This document shows, piece after piece, positions 28,074 to 35,512 of a DNA stretch of 37,342 nucleotides (position 1 is the stretch's first letter; each line of letters opens with the position of its first letter). Source of the DNA: Acidimicrobiia bacterium (GTDB lineage Bacteria > Actinomycetota > Acidimicrobiia > Spongiisociales > JAENVV01); the NCBI GenBank assembly GCA_041577335.1, contig JBFGJH010000028.1, positions 1 to 37,342 of the forward strand, written 5' to 3'. The position numbers and the translations under genes were made by a program. The notes beneath the pieces are model-generated. The model was given only the letters and a program-made list of their open reading frames with translations. It was not told the origin of the DNA and did no database searches.

Positions 28074-28346
28074 GTGCCCGACGAACAAAGCCAACCAGCC
28101 GACGTCGATCGCGAGGTACGGCGCTGGTTCGAACATCTCGGCTACGCGCTCGAGGTTTCATCGGACGACGACGGCGTGTTCTGGGCTTGCCTCACTTCGC
28201 TCGGCAATCCTGACTTCACCGTGGAGAAGTATGGGCGCGGCGCAACAAGACGGGAGGCAGCCGAGGCAGCGCGTCGTCGCTGGCGAGTCGAACAGATCGG
28301 CTCACCTGCCGGACGTCCAGCCAACCGAGATCGCCGCCTCCCGTAA
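28074..28346 (+). CDS. hypothetical protein (90 aa)
   Basis: Protein-like composition (WFEHLGY.LEV....VFWA.L...YGRGAT..EAAEAA..RW); no clear RBS. Confidence 0.55.
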   Translation: MPDEQSQPADVDREVRRWFEHLGYALEVSSDDDGVFWACLTSLGNPDFTVEKYGRGATRREAAEAARRRWRVEQIGSPAGRPANRDRRLP

Positions 28347-28427
28347 GCCGGTCGGGAGCGGCGCCACCCACGAGTTGGTAGGGGTTTCTTGCTTCAACTC
28401 AGCTGCGAATGGCATAGGCTGTCGGCA

Positions 28428-29513
28428 ATGGGGGAAAGCAACATCGGAGGCCGACTTCAGGCGCTCGTCGATCGCCTGGCGGCCAAGCGGCAGATCCACA
28501 GCGTTGTCGTCGGCATACGCTCGCCGGATGGACGAGTCGACGCATCGGCGGCCGCTGGCTTCGCAGACACCGGGAGATCCGTCGCCATGACCTCGGGCAC
28601 GCCGTATTTCGTGGCAAGCATCACCAAGATGTTCACGGCAACCGTCGTGATGAAGCTCGCCGACGCCGGGCGAATCGATCTCGACGACTCCATATCCGAG
28701 TACCTGTCCAGCCATCTGCTCGAGCGCGTGCACGTCGTCGACGGCACCGACTACAGCGACCACATCACCGTTCTCCAGCTCCTGGATCAGACGAGCGGCC
28801 TGGCCGACTACTTCGAAGGCAAGCCGATGGGTGGTGTGAGCCTCGCGGACCTTCTCAGGGAGGGCCGGGACCGAGCGCTCAGCATCGACGAGGTCATGGA
28901 CATGGTGCGCCATCTACCGCCGGAGTTCGCCCCTGGCACTGACGGAGGCAACCGGGCCCACTACAGCGACACCAACTACGCGCTGCTGGGAGCGATCATC
29001 GAGGCGGCCACCGAAACAACGGTGACCGAAAACTTCCGGGATACGATATTTGCGCCCCTGGGATTGAACGATACGTACGTGTTCGGCGACCGGCAGCCTC
29101 GAGCGACGCCGGCAGCCTTCTATTTCAAGGACAAAGCCATCGAGATCCCACTCGCAATGGCTTCGTTTGCACCGGACGGGGGAGTGGTGTCGACCGTCGA
29201 CGACAGTCTGCGCTTCTTGCACGCCTTCTTCGGAGGTGAGCTGGTCACCGCTGATCAACTGGCCTTCATGACGAGACGCTGGAACCGCTTTGTTTTTCCG
29301 ATCGAGTACGGCACCGGGCTGATGCGCTTCAAGCCGCCACGATGGATGACGCCTTTCCAGGCTCCACTCGAGCTGGTCGGGCACTCCGGCTCCACCGGGT
29401 CCTTTGCGTTCCACGACCCAAAACGGAACCTCTACGTATGCGGCACGGTCAACCAGATGCAGGGTCAGGGTCGGCCGTACCGCCTGATGACCCGAATGAT
29501 CAATCTGCTCTAG
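28428..29513 (+). CDS. serine hydrolase, beta-lactamase/D-Ala-D-Ala carboxypeptidase family
   Basis: ASITK (SxxK), IT..QLL..TSGL, YSDTNY, GHSG; no signal peptide; TAGGCT 7 nt before ATG 28428. Confidence 0.9.
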   Translation: MGESNIGGRLQALVDRLAAKRQIHSVVVGIRSPDGRVDASAAAGFADTGRSVAMTSGTPYFVASITKMFTATVVMKLADAGRIDLDDSISEYLSSHLLERVHVVDGTDYSDHITVLQLLDQTSGLADYFEGKPMGGVSLADLLREGRDRALSIDEVMDMVRHLPPEFAPGTDGGNRAHYSDTNYALLGAIIEAATETTVTENFRDTIFAPLGLNDTYVFGDRQPRATPAAFYFKDKAIEIPLAMASFAPDGGVVSTVDDSLRFLHAFFGGELVTADQLAFMTRRWNRFVFPIEYGTGLMRFKPPRWMTPFQAPLELVGHSGSTGSFAFHDPKRNLYVCGTVNQMQGQGRPYRLMTRMINLL

Positions 29514-31806
29514 TCGACGCGACGGAGTTGGGACTCACGAGCTCGTCGAGCACTCCGTTGGCCAGCGCGGCGATCTGGGCGCTGGTCAAGGCTGACCGGT
29601 AAACCGCGACTTCGTCGAGCGTCCCATCGAAACCTCGCTTGCGCGCCAGCGCTCCGTCGACGCTGGTGAGGTCATTCCCGAGAACCAGCTGCTCGACGAC
29701 GAGACTGTTCAGCGTCGCGCCTGCCGAGGCAACTTCGACGCCGTCGACGTACGCCACCATCTCGTCCTCTGAGGCGTGCCTCACGACCGCGAGGTGATGC
29801 CACGAGCCGTCGGCGAGGACGCCGAGCTGAAGCACGACTCTCGTCCTTCCTTCGCCCGTGTACACCAGAAGTCGGCCGCCGCTGAGAAGCGTGAGCTCGA
29901 TCTCGTCCGGGTTGTCAATGCCGAGCCCGCTCAGCAGAGTCTGTCGCCCCCTGGCGCCGTCGGCCGCCACCCACATCGTCACGGTCAGATCGTTGGCGCC
30001 GTTCAAAGGACTGCCAGCACCCGTTAGTCGTGCGTCGAGCCCGTCGAAGGAAACACCGCCTCCGTCATGTCCGAGCGTCCATCCCGCGCCGCCGAATAGC
30101 TCCAGGTCATGACCGCTGCCGGTGCCATCAGCAGCGATGGTGCCGAGTCCTTCCTCGAAATGCCACAACGCAACCGGAATGGGTTCGTCTGGAGGTGGCG
30201 GAGGTGGCGGAGGTGGCGGAGGTTCTCCTGCGTCGATCGCGATGCGCTGATTGGCTGCTACATCGGTGAGTGTCACCACACCGCCGTTGCGCGGCAAAGT
30301 GACAACCACGTCCACCGCGCCGGCTGAACCGAGCCCGAAATGGACGGATGCCTCTCCCGCGGACGAGAAACCATAGCCAAGGGCAACCTCGTCCATGCCG
30401 ACGAGCGAGCCACCGTCGAACACCTCGACGACTGCGCCGACGCCCATTGCCGGCCCGTCTACGACCACATCGAGCCAATTGCCGTCAGCGCTGTCGTTCT
30501 TCAGCAGGAGAGAAGGGACTACCCCTTGCCCGTACACGGAGCGAAACTCCGGCAGGAAGGCGTCGAGGTCGCCGTCGCGATCGAAATCGGCCAGCGGCCC
30601 GCCGGGGTAGTAATGCTGGTCGGTCAGGCTGGGCGTTTCGAATGATGGGAGATCACCGTTCATGCCGGTGTGTCGAAAGACGAGAGGAGCGACACCGCCG
30701 GTGGCGGTCGTAACCGTCAACGACGCGTACAGGTCAGGCCATCCGTCATTGTCGATGTCCTGAATATCGACGTGGGGCGCTTTCGTCGAGAGACCGGGCA
30801 GGACCACCTCCTCGGTTATGTCGGTGAAGACGGGATTCCCCGTCTCGTCGACGCCGTCGTTGCGGTAGAGGCGGACCGGAGTTGGCACGCCCTGCACCTC
30901 AGAGCTTCCGAAATGATGTCCGACCAACAAGTCGAGGTCGCCGTCGCGATCGATGTCGCCAAAAGCTCCCGACGACACCCAATCCTCGGGACCGTTCTCG
31001 AACGGGTTCCAGTCGAGACTGGCGGGGGTGGCATCCCGATACGTCCCATCGCGTTCGGACACAAACAGGTAGTTGCGATTGTCGCTTGCCTCCGGTCCAC
31101 CTGCGATGAACAGGTCGGGCCAGCCATCGCGGTCGACGTCGCCCACAGCTGATCCCAGTCCGTGGATATCCGCTGGGAGCCCGGCCGCTGCTGTGATGTC
31201 GGTGAAAACCAACGAACCGTCATTGCGCAGCAGAACGGTTGGGCCTGTCCCGTTGAGGGCGCCGCCGAGGATCAGCAAGTCGAGGTCAGCGTCGCCGTCA
31301 TGATCGAACGCGGCCACCTGCCGCCCGTTGGCGTTCTGCGCGTCGAGGCCGCTTCCTTCCGTCACGTCGACGAAGACTCCATCGTCGTTGCGGTAGAGCT
31401 TGCTCTCGAGCGCCCGCGGTCCACTGCGATTGGGTTTGGCGTTGTTCGAGACGACAACGTCGAGATCGCCGTCGCCATCGAGGTCCGCCAACACCGCACC
31501 GGCTGCTCTGCCGTCCACTGCCAGGGCATCCTGGCCGGAATCGGCGAATTGACCGGTGTCGTTGAGCAGGAGAGTGTTGGGCACGGTGGTAGCGCCCACG
31601 ACGAAGGTACCGGCGAACAGGTCGGGCCAACCGTTGTCGTCGATGTCGCCCCACGCCGCCGCATGGACATAAGAGTTGTCGAGCGGGCCGGAGATTCCTG
31701 ACGAAATGCTCACGTCGTCCCACGCGTCGGCCACTGCGTTGACGCTGGGAACGAATCCTCCGGTGAGGAGGGCGGCAAGGGCGAGGCTGATGAATGGGCG
31801 CCGCAT
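29500..31806 (-). CDS. secreted FG-GAP/CRTAC1-like repeat protein with ASPIC/UnbV-like region, poly-Pro linker and C-terminal LamG-like jellyroll domain
   Basis: Signal peptide; repeated GD.D.DG..DL motifs; VHFGLG; EPPPPPPPPPPPDE; W.F.EG.G...D.SG, DGSWHHLAVV, YVDG, FDG.LDEVAVY..AL. Confidence 0.88.
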   Translation of the reverse strand: MRRPFISLALAALLTGGFVPSVNAVADAWDDVSISSGISGPLDNSYVHAAAWGDIDDNGWPDLFAGTFVVGATTVPNTLLLNDTGQFADSGQDALAVDGRAAGAVLADLDGDGDLDVVVSNNAKPNRSGPRALESKLYRNDDGVFVDVTEGSGLDAQNANGRQVAAFDHDGDADLDLLILGGALNGTGPTVLLRNDGSLVFTDITAAAGLPADIHGLGSAVGDVDRDGWPDLFIAGGPEASDNRNYLFVSERDGTYRDATPASLDWNPFENGPEDWVSSGAFGDIDRDGDLDLLVGHHFGSSEVQGVPTPVRLYRNDGVDETGNPVFTDITEEVVLPGLSTKAPHVDIQDIDNDGWPDLYASLTVTTATGGVAPLVFRHTGMNGDLPSFETPSLTDQHYYPGGPLADFDRDGDLDAFLPEFRSVYGQGVVPSLLLKNDSADGNWLDVVVDGPAMGVGAVVEVFDGGSLVGMDEVALGYGFSSAGEASVHFGLGSAGAVDVVVTLPRNGGVVTLTDVAANQRIAIDAGEPPPPPPPPPPPDEPIPVALWHFEEGLGTIAADGTGSGHDLELFGGAGWTLGHDGGGVSFDGLDARLTGAGSPLNGANDLTVTMWVAADGARGRQTLLSGLGIDNPDEIELTLLSGGRLLVYTGEGRTRVVLQLGVLADGSWHHLAVVRHASEDEMVAYVDGVEVASAGATLNSLVVEQLVLGNDLTSVDGALARKRGFDGTLDEVAVYRSALTSAQIAALANGVLDELVSPNSVASTRAD
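30191..30223. repeat. 9-bp tandem repeat (GGAGGTGGC)x3.7 encoding a poly-proline linker
   Basis: ggaggtggc three times plus ggaggt, inside the CDS on the minus strand. Confidence 0.8.
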
Positions 31807-31841
31807 CGGCTTGACCCTACCGATGGCGGCGAGGTTTGTGG

Positions 31842-32798
31842 TTACGCCCCGACAAGGGCATCCAGTACTGGAGCGAAGCCTTCCGGATCGCGGACGACGT
31901 AGTGGTTGATCCCCACGGCCTCTCGGAGTCGCTCGATCTTGTCAACGATTTGTTCAACCGAGCCCACCAGAACGAACGGCGTATCTTCGATAACTTCGGG
32001 GGCGAGCCCGAATCGGCCGGCCAGTTCCGACATCGACGGCACGGTGCTCCCAACGGCCGTGTATTGCACCAGTGCGGAGCGCTCGATATCTGCGTCGCGT
32101 ACCCCGGCCGATTCGCTGAGCCAGCGACTACGTTCGATGACATCTTCCAAGGCAAACCCTCCCGGGTCGGGAGCCCCGTCTTCTCCGTGGGTCAATCCCG
32201 TGAATTGGAAGATGTCGGCGAACGTGCCTGCCAGTTGTACGACGCGTCGGCCGTGACCACCGATGAGGAACGGAACACGCTTCTGGACGGGCAGCACGCC
32301 GATGTCGTCGAAGTGGACGGCGACGTGCGCTCCGTCGTGATGAACCGCTCCGGTGGCGAGGAGCGAACGCAGGACAGCAAGCGATTCGCCGAAGCGCGAA
32401 ACCCGAGGACCAGGTGGGCGGATCGGCGAACCGATGGCGGCGTGTTCGGCGGCGGCGTACCCGGTACCGAGACCGAGCACAAGCCGGCCGTCGGTCAAGC
32501 GGTCGGCCGTGGCAGCAGTACGGGCAAGGAGGGCCGGGTTGTAGAGCTCGTTGTTGAGCACCAACGGGCCGACTCGCAGTCGGTCCGTGGCCGCGGCCGC
32601 CACCATCAAGGGAAGGAACGGATCGACGATGAACCTTCCTCCCTGTCGACCCTCCGACCCTGGCGAACCAACATGATCTGAGGTGTAGAACTCGTCGTAG
32701 CCGAGGTCTTCTACCCTGCGCGCGTGGTTGCGGAGCACAGCCGCTTCACCGAACGGTCCTCCCTGAACCGCAAAGCGAAAACGCCGTGGTGTGGACAT
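31842..32798 (-). CDS. LLM class (probably F420-dependent) oxidoreductase
   Basis: FRFAVQ, ARRVEDLGYD....SDH, RLRVG.LVLNN...NPALLAR..AT.D.L.DGRL.LGLGTG, IGG.G.R; GAAGGAG RBS before ATG 32798. Confidence 0.9.
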   Translation of the reverse strand: MSTPRRFRFAVQGGPFGEAAVLRNHARRVEDLGYDEFYTSDHVGSPGSEGRQGGRFIVDPFLPLMVAAAATDRLRVGPLVLNNELYNPALLARTAATADRLTDGRLVLGLGTGYAAAEHAAIGSPIRPPGPRVSRFGESLAVLRSLLATGAVHHDGAHVAVHFDDIGVLPVQKRVPFLIGGHGRRVVQLAGTFADIFQFTGLTHGEDGAPDPGGFALEDVIERSRWLSESAGVRDADIERSALVQYTAVGSTVPSMSELAGRFGLAPEVIEDTPFVLVGSVEQIVDKIERLREAVGINHYVVRDPEGFAPVLDALVGA

Positions 32799-33090
32799 TG
32801 GGCCGTCTCCTTCGTTGCTGCCCGCGAGCATTGTGATTGTCGGGGCCAGGTCGCGGCAATTCGATTCGAATGGTCAGTCACGGCGTGGGGCGTGCCGTCG
32901 ATGTAAGCCGCCGATCCAGCCGGCGAGTCGCACACCCTGTCGACCGGACCTATTGGCCGGCCAACGCAATCCCGAGTGCTGTCCACGCTCGGGCTCGGAT
33001 CCTCGGGACCACGTTGGCGGTCAACGCGGGGCTGCCCGCCAATGCTCACCTCATGCAGGCAAAACCGCTGGGCTTTGCCATACTGCCGCC

Positions 33091-33630
33091 ATGCCGGACT
33101 GCGTCGCGCTACTTCGTGGGATGAACGTTGGAGGCCACCGGATCACCAACGATGATCTCGTAGCGATCATCGGGAGCCTCGGCCTCAGGAACGTATCGGC
33201 CTATCAGGCCAGTGGCAATGTGCTGTTTGATCGTGGGGATCGAGCAGTCCATGACCTCGAGCACCTGATCGAAACCGGTCTCAACGGCGCCCTCGGCTAT
33301 GCAGTACCGACCCATGTGCGCACGGCTGAGGAACTCGAAGCCGTGCTCGACACTCAGCCACACGTGTCCGCAGCCCCCCAGCCGGCAGGAAAACGTCAGA
33401 TCGCGTTCCTCAAGGTTGAACTGTCGCCCGAACAGATATCCGAACTCGAGGCTTTGGCTCCGAAGAGCGACCAACTCTCTGTGGTGGGTCGAGAGGTCTT
33501 CTGGTGGCCGGACGGTGGGCTGAGCGACAGCACCATGGATTGGGCAGCCATCAATCGCACCTTCGGTCCGCTCACGATGCGGACGCGCACCACCGTCGAG
33601 CGGATCACAAAGAGGTTCTCGACGGCCTGA
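33091..33630 (+). CDS. DUF1697 family protein
   Basis: VALLRGMNVGG, LGL.NV..YQASGNVLF, IE..L...LGY.VP..VR, T.R...TV; CATACT 6 nt before ATG. Confidence 0.88.
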   Translation: MPDCVALLRGMNVGGHRITNDDLVAIIGSLGLRNVSAYQASGNVLFDRGDRAVHDLEHLIETGLNGALGYAVPTHVRTAEELEAVLDTQPHVSAAPQPAGKRQIAFLKVELSPEQISELEALAPKSDQLSVVGREVFWWPDGGLSDSTMDWAAINRTFGPLTMRTRTTVERITKRFSTA

Positions 33631-33713
33631 TTCGACCGCCCGCCGATCGATCCTTCGCAGTTCTCGCCGGCTGCGTGCACGGGTGCATTTGCGCTGCGTT
33701 GGCCCAGCCGTCG

Positions 33714-33738
33714 GTTTGGTCGACGTCATTGTCGGGTA
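33714..33738 (+). promoter_or_regulatory. candidate SigF/SigB-type stress promoter
   Basis: GTTT (33714-33717) - 16 nt - GGGTA (33734-33738) upstream of the DUF6328 gene. Confidence 0.5.
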
Positions 33739-33771
33739 GGTAGGAGGGCAAGGCGACCATGAGAGGAACTC

Positions 33772-34254
33772 GTGCCCGCCAACAGCGTGAATGCTTCACT
33801 GTCGGAAACCAACGTCGATGACGCCTTTCGCGCCCTGCTGGAAGGACTCCGCACCACCCTTCCGGGTGTCCAGGTTCTGTTTGCATTCCTGCTCACACTG
33901 CCGCTCCAGCAATCCTTCTCGTCATTGTCGGCCGCGGAGCGGACGGCGTTTCTCATGGCACTGTTCGGCTCCGCGATCTCTTCGATCCTGTTGATCGCTC
34001 CGTCCGCCCACCAGCGGCTCCGTTCTTCGAAGTCCGGACTCCGACGGCGCTCCCAGCTCCACCTTCGGTTCACCGTCGCTATGACCATCGCCGGAACTCT
34101 CGCCTTCGCAATCGCGTTGGTATCCGCCGTCTACCTGGTCGCGTCGATCATCCTCGAGAGCAGCCCCGCAGCCGTCGGCGCCGGAGCGGTTGCCTTGCTC
34201 GTTGGTTGGGCCTGGTTCTACGTGCCACTCGTGACGTTCGAACACGACGATTGA
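33772..34254 (+). CDS. DUF6328 family membrane protein
   Basis: LL..LR..LPGVQVLFAFLLTLP.QQ.F, LLIAPSA.QRL, C-terminal W..VP. Confidence 0.85.
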   Translation: MPANSVNASLSETNVDDAFRALLEGLRTTLPGVQVLFAFLLTLPLQQSFSSLSAAERTAFLMALFGSAISSILLIAPSAHQRLRSSKSGLRRRSQLHLRFTVAMTIAGTLAFAIALVSAVYLVASIILESSPAAVGAGAVALLVGWAWFYVPLVTFEHDD

Positions 34255-34357
34255 TCGGAGAAGCGCCGCCACCGGGATGATCGGTTCAATCGGGCTGTCG
34301 CCAGTCGCGTCCCGCGCTCGGTGCATCCAGGTGGAAGCGCTGCTTCGTATCTGAATC

Positions 34358-34882
34358 ATGAGTCGCTACGAACAACCGTCGTATTCGGTGGTCGACACGT
34401 TTGAGGGATACGAACTCCGGCACTACGACTCGTATCTGACCGCTGAGACCATCGTCGACGGCGATTTCGATTCAACTGGCAACACCGCGTTCCGACGCCT
34501 GGCGGGATTCATCTTCGGTCGCAACTCGGAGGGCCTGAAGATGAACATGACCGTCCCGGTCACCCGAGAACAAGCCGGGGCCGGCGGCTACCGATATCGG
34601 TTTGTCATGGAGAAGTCGTACTCAGAGGAGGACCTGCCACGCCCTGTTGACGATTCTGTGGAGGTGGTTCGGGTGTCTTCCGGCCACTACGCAGCGGCTC
34701 GCTACCGGGGTCGCATGAGCGAAGCGCGGTACCGCCGTGCGGAGACAGCACTGCTTGCGGCGCTGCAACGAGATGGGATCGAGACGACAGGCAAGCCTGC
34801 GGCCGCCGTCTATGACGGTCCATTCACTCCACCCATGATGCGCCACAACGAGGTCCTGGTGCCGGTGGCCTGGCAAGACTGA
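34358..34882 (+). CDS. SOUL family heme-binding protein
   Basis: EQP.Y.V....YELR.Y, AFRRLAGFIFG.N, MTVPV, FVM, LPRP.D..V, YD.PFT.P.MR.NEV. Confidence 0.9.
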   Translation: MSRYEQPSYSVVDTFEGYELRHYDSYLTAETIVDGDFDSTGNTAFRRLAGFIFGRNSEGLKMNMTVPVTREQAGAGGYRYRFVMEKSYSEEDLPRPVDDSVEVVRVSSGHYAAARYRGRMSEARYRRAETALLAALQRDGIETTGKPAAAVYDGPFTPPMMRHNEVLVPVAWQD

Positions 34883-34904
34883 CTTCTGTGTGAGGCGCGC
34901 CAGG

Positions 34905-35183
34905 CTATCCCCGGTTGCGCAACTCCTCGGCCGCAACTCTGAGATCCCGCCAGTCGGCGACCCCCAGGCGGGCCGCCCAGATGAGACGCTCGATGCTTCC
35001 CGCACTGAGCAGCAACATGTCGTCGACCACGCCGTCGGGTGGGGTGACCTCTCCGTAGCAGTCGTGCCATGCGAGCTCCGTGAGCTCCAAAAGGTCGAGC
35101 GCAAACGGCGCCATTTCCTCACCAAACACGGCAATCGCCGCGGAAACCCGGTTCTCTCGTCTCTCTGCACGACTCGTGGCCAT
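34905..35183 (-). CDS. hypothetical protein (92 aa)
   Basis: MATSRAERRENRV...LELTELAWHDCYGE..PP...DD...S.G.IE.L...A.LG..DWRDL; CACAAT 6 nt before ATG 35183. Confidence 0.68.
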   Translation of the reverse strand: MATSRAERRENRVSAAIAVFGEEMAPFALDLLELTELAWHDCYGEVTPPDGVVDDMLLLSAGSIERLIWAARLGVADWRDLRVAAEELRNRG

Positions 35184-35410
35184 CCGTCCATTGTGCCATC
35201 TGATCGAGGCTTGCCTCAGACGGCCAGCGGGTGCGGTGACGTCGGCGTGGCGGCACCATCTTGGCGGCTCCATCTCGGTCGGCGACAGGGAGAGCGGAAG
35301 CCAATGGGGGCTGTGGGCGGTATTGCCTGCCGACAACCAACCGAAGTTCGTGGTTCCGAAGGGCCGAGCTGGGCGGATTCGAAGCTGAGCCGCCGGTACA
35401 CTGACCGGCC

Positions 35411-35512
35411 ATGAATGGCGACGTCATGCTCGTGGGGGAGACGCACTGCGCCGCCGATCGTTGGATCGTCGGCCGCCAGTTCTGGCCCTCCATCGAGCTT
35501 GTGGCGGCATGA
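35411..35512 (+). CDS. putative 33-aa upstream ORF coupled to the downstream gene
   Basis: TACACT (35397-35402) 8 nt before ATG; MNGDVMLVGETHCAADRWIVGRQFWPSIELVAA*; its TGA overlaps the next ATG (ATGA 35509-35512). Confidence 0.35.
   Translation: MNGDVMLVGETHCAADRWIVGRQFWPSIELVAA

Noticed and set aside
27712..28161. 149-aa minus-strand ORF abutting the GNAT start
   Set aside because: Arg/Ser/Pro-rich with no recognisable motif, and it overlaps the more plausible 28074 ORF; not supportable, though a small remnant cannot be excluded.
30191..30223. Tandem repeat considered as CRISPR-like or phase-variable
   Set aside because: No spacers; the 9-bp unit is in frame and simply encodes poly-Pro.
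31836..32681. 281-aa plus-strand ORF
   Set aside because: Antisense shadow of the LLM oxidoreductase.
33759..33821. 20-codon ORF with an upstream AGGAGG overlapping the DUF6328 start
   Set aside because: Out of frame and featureless; the AGGAGG would lie at or before the predicted TSS of the SigF-type promoter.
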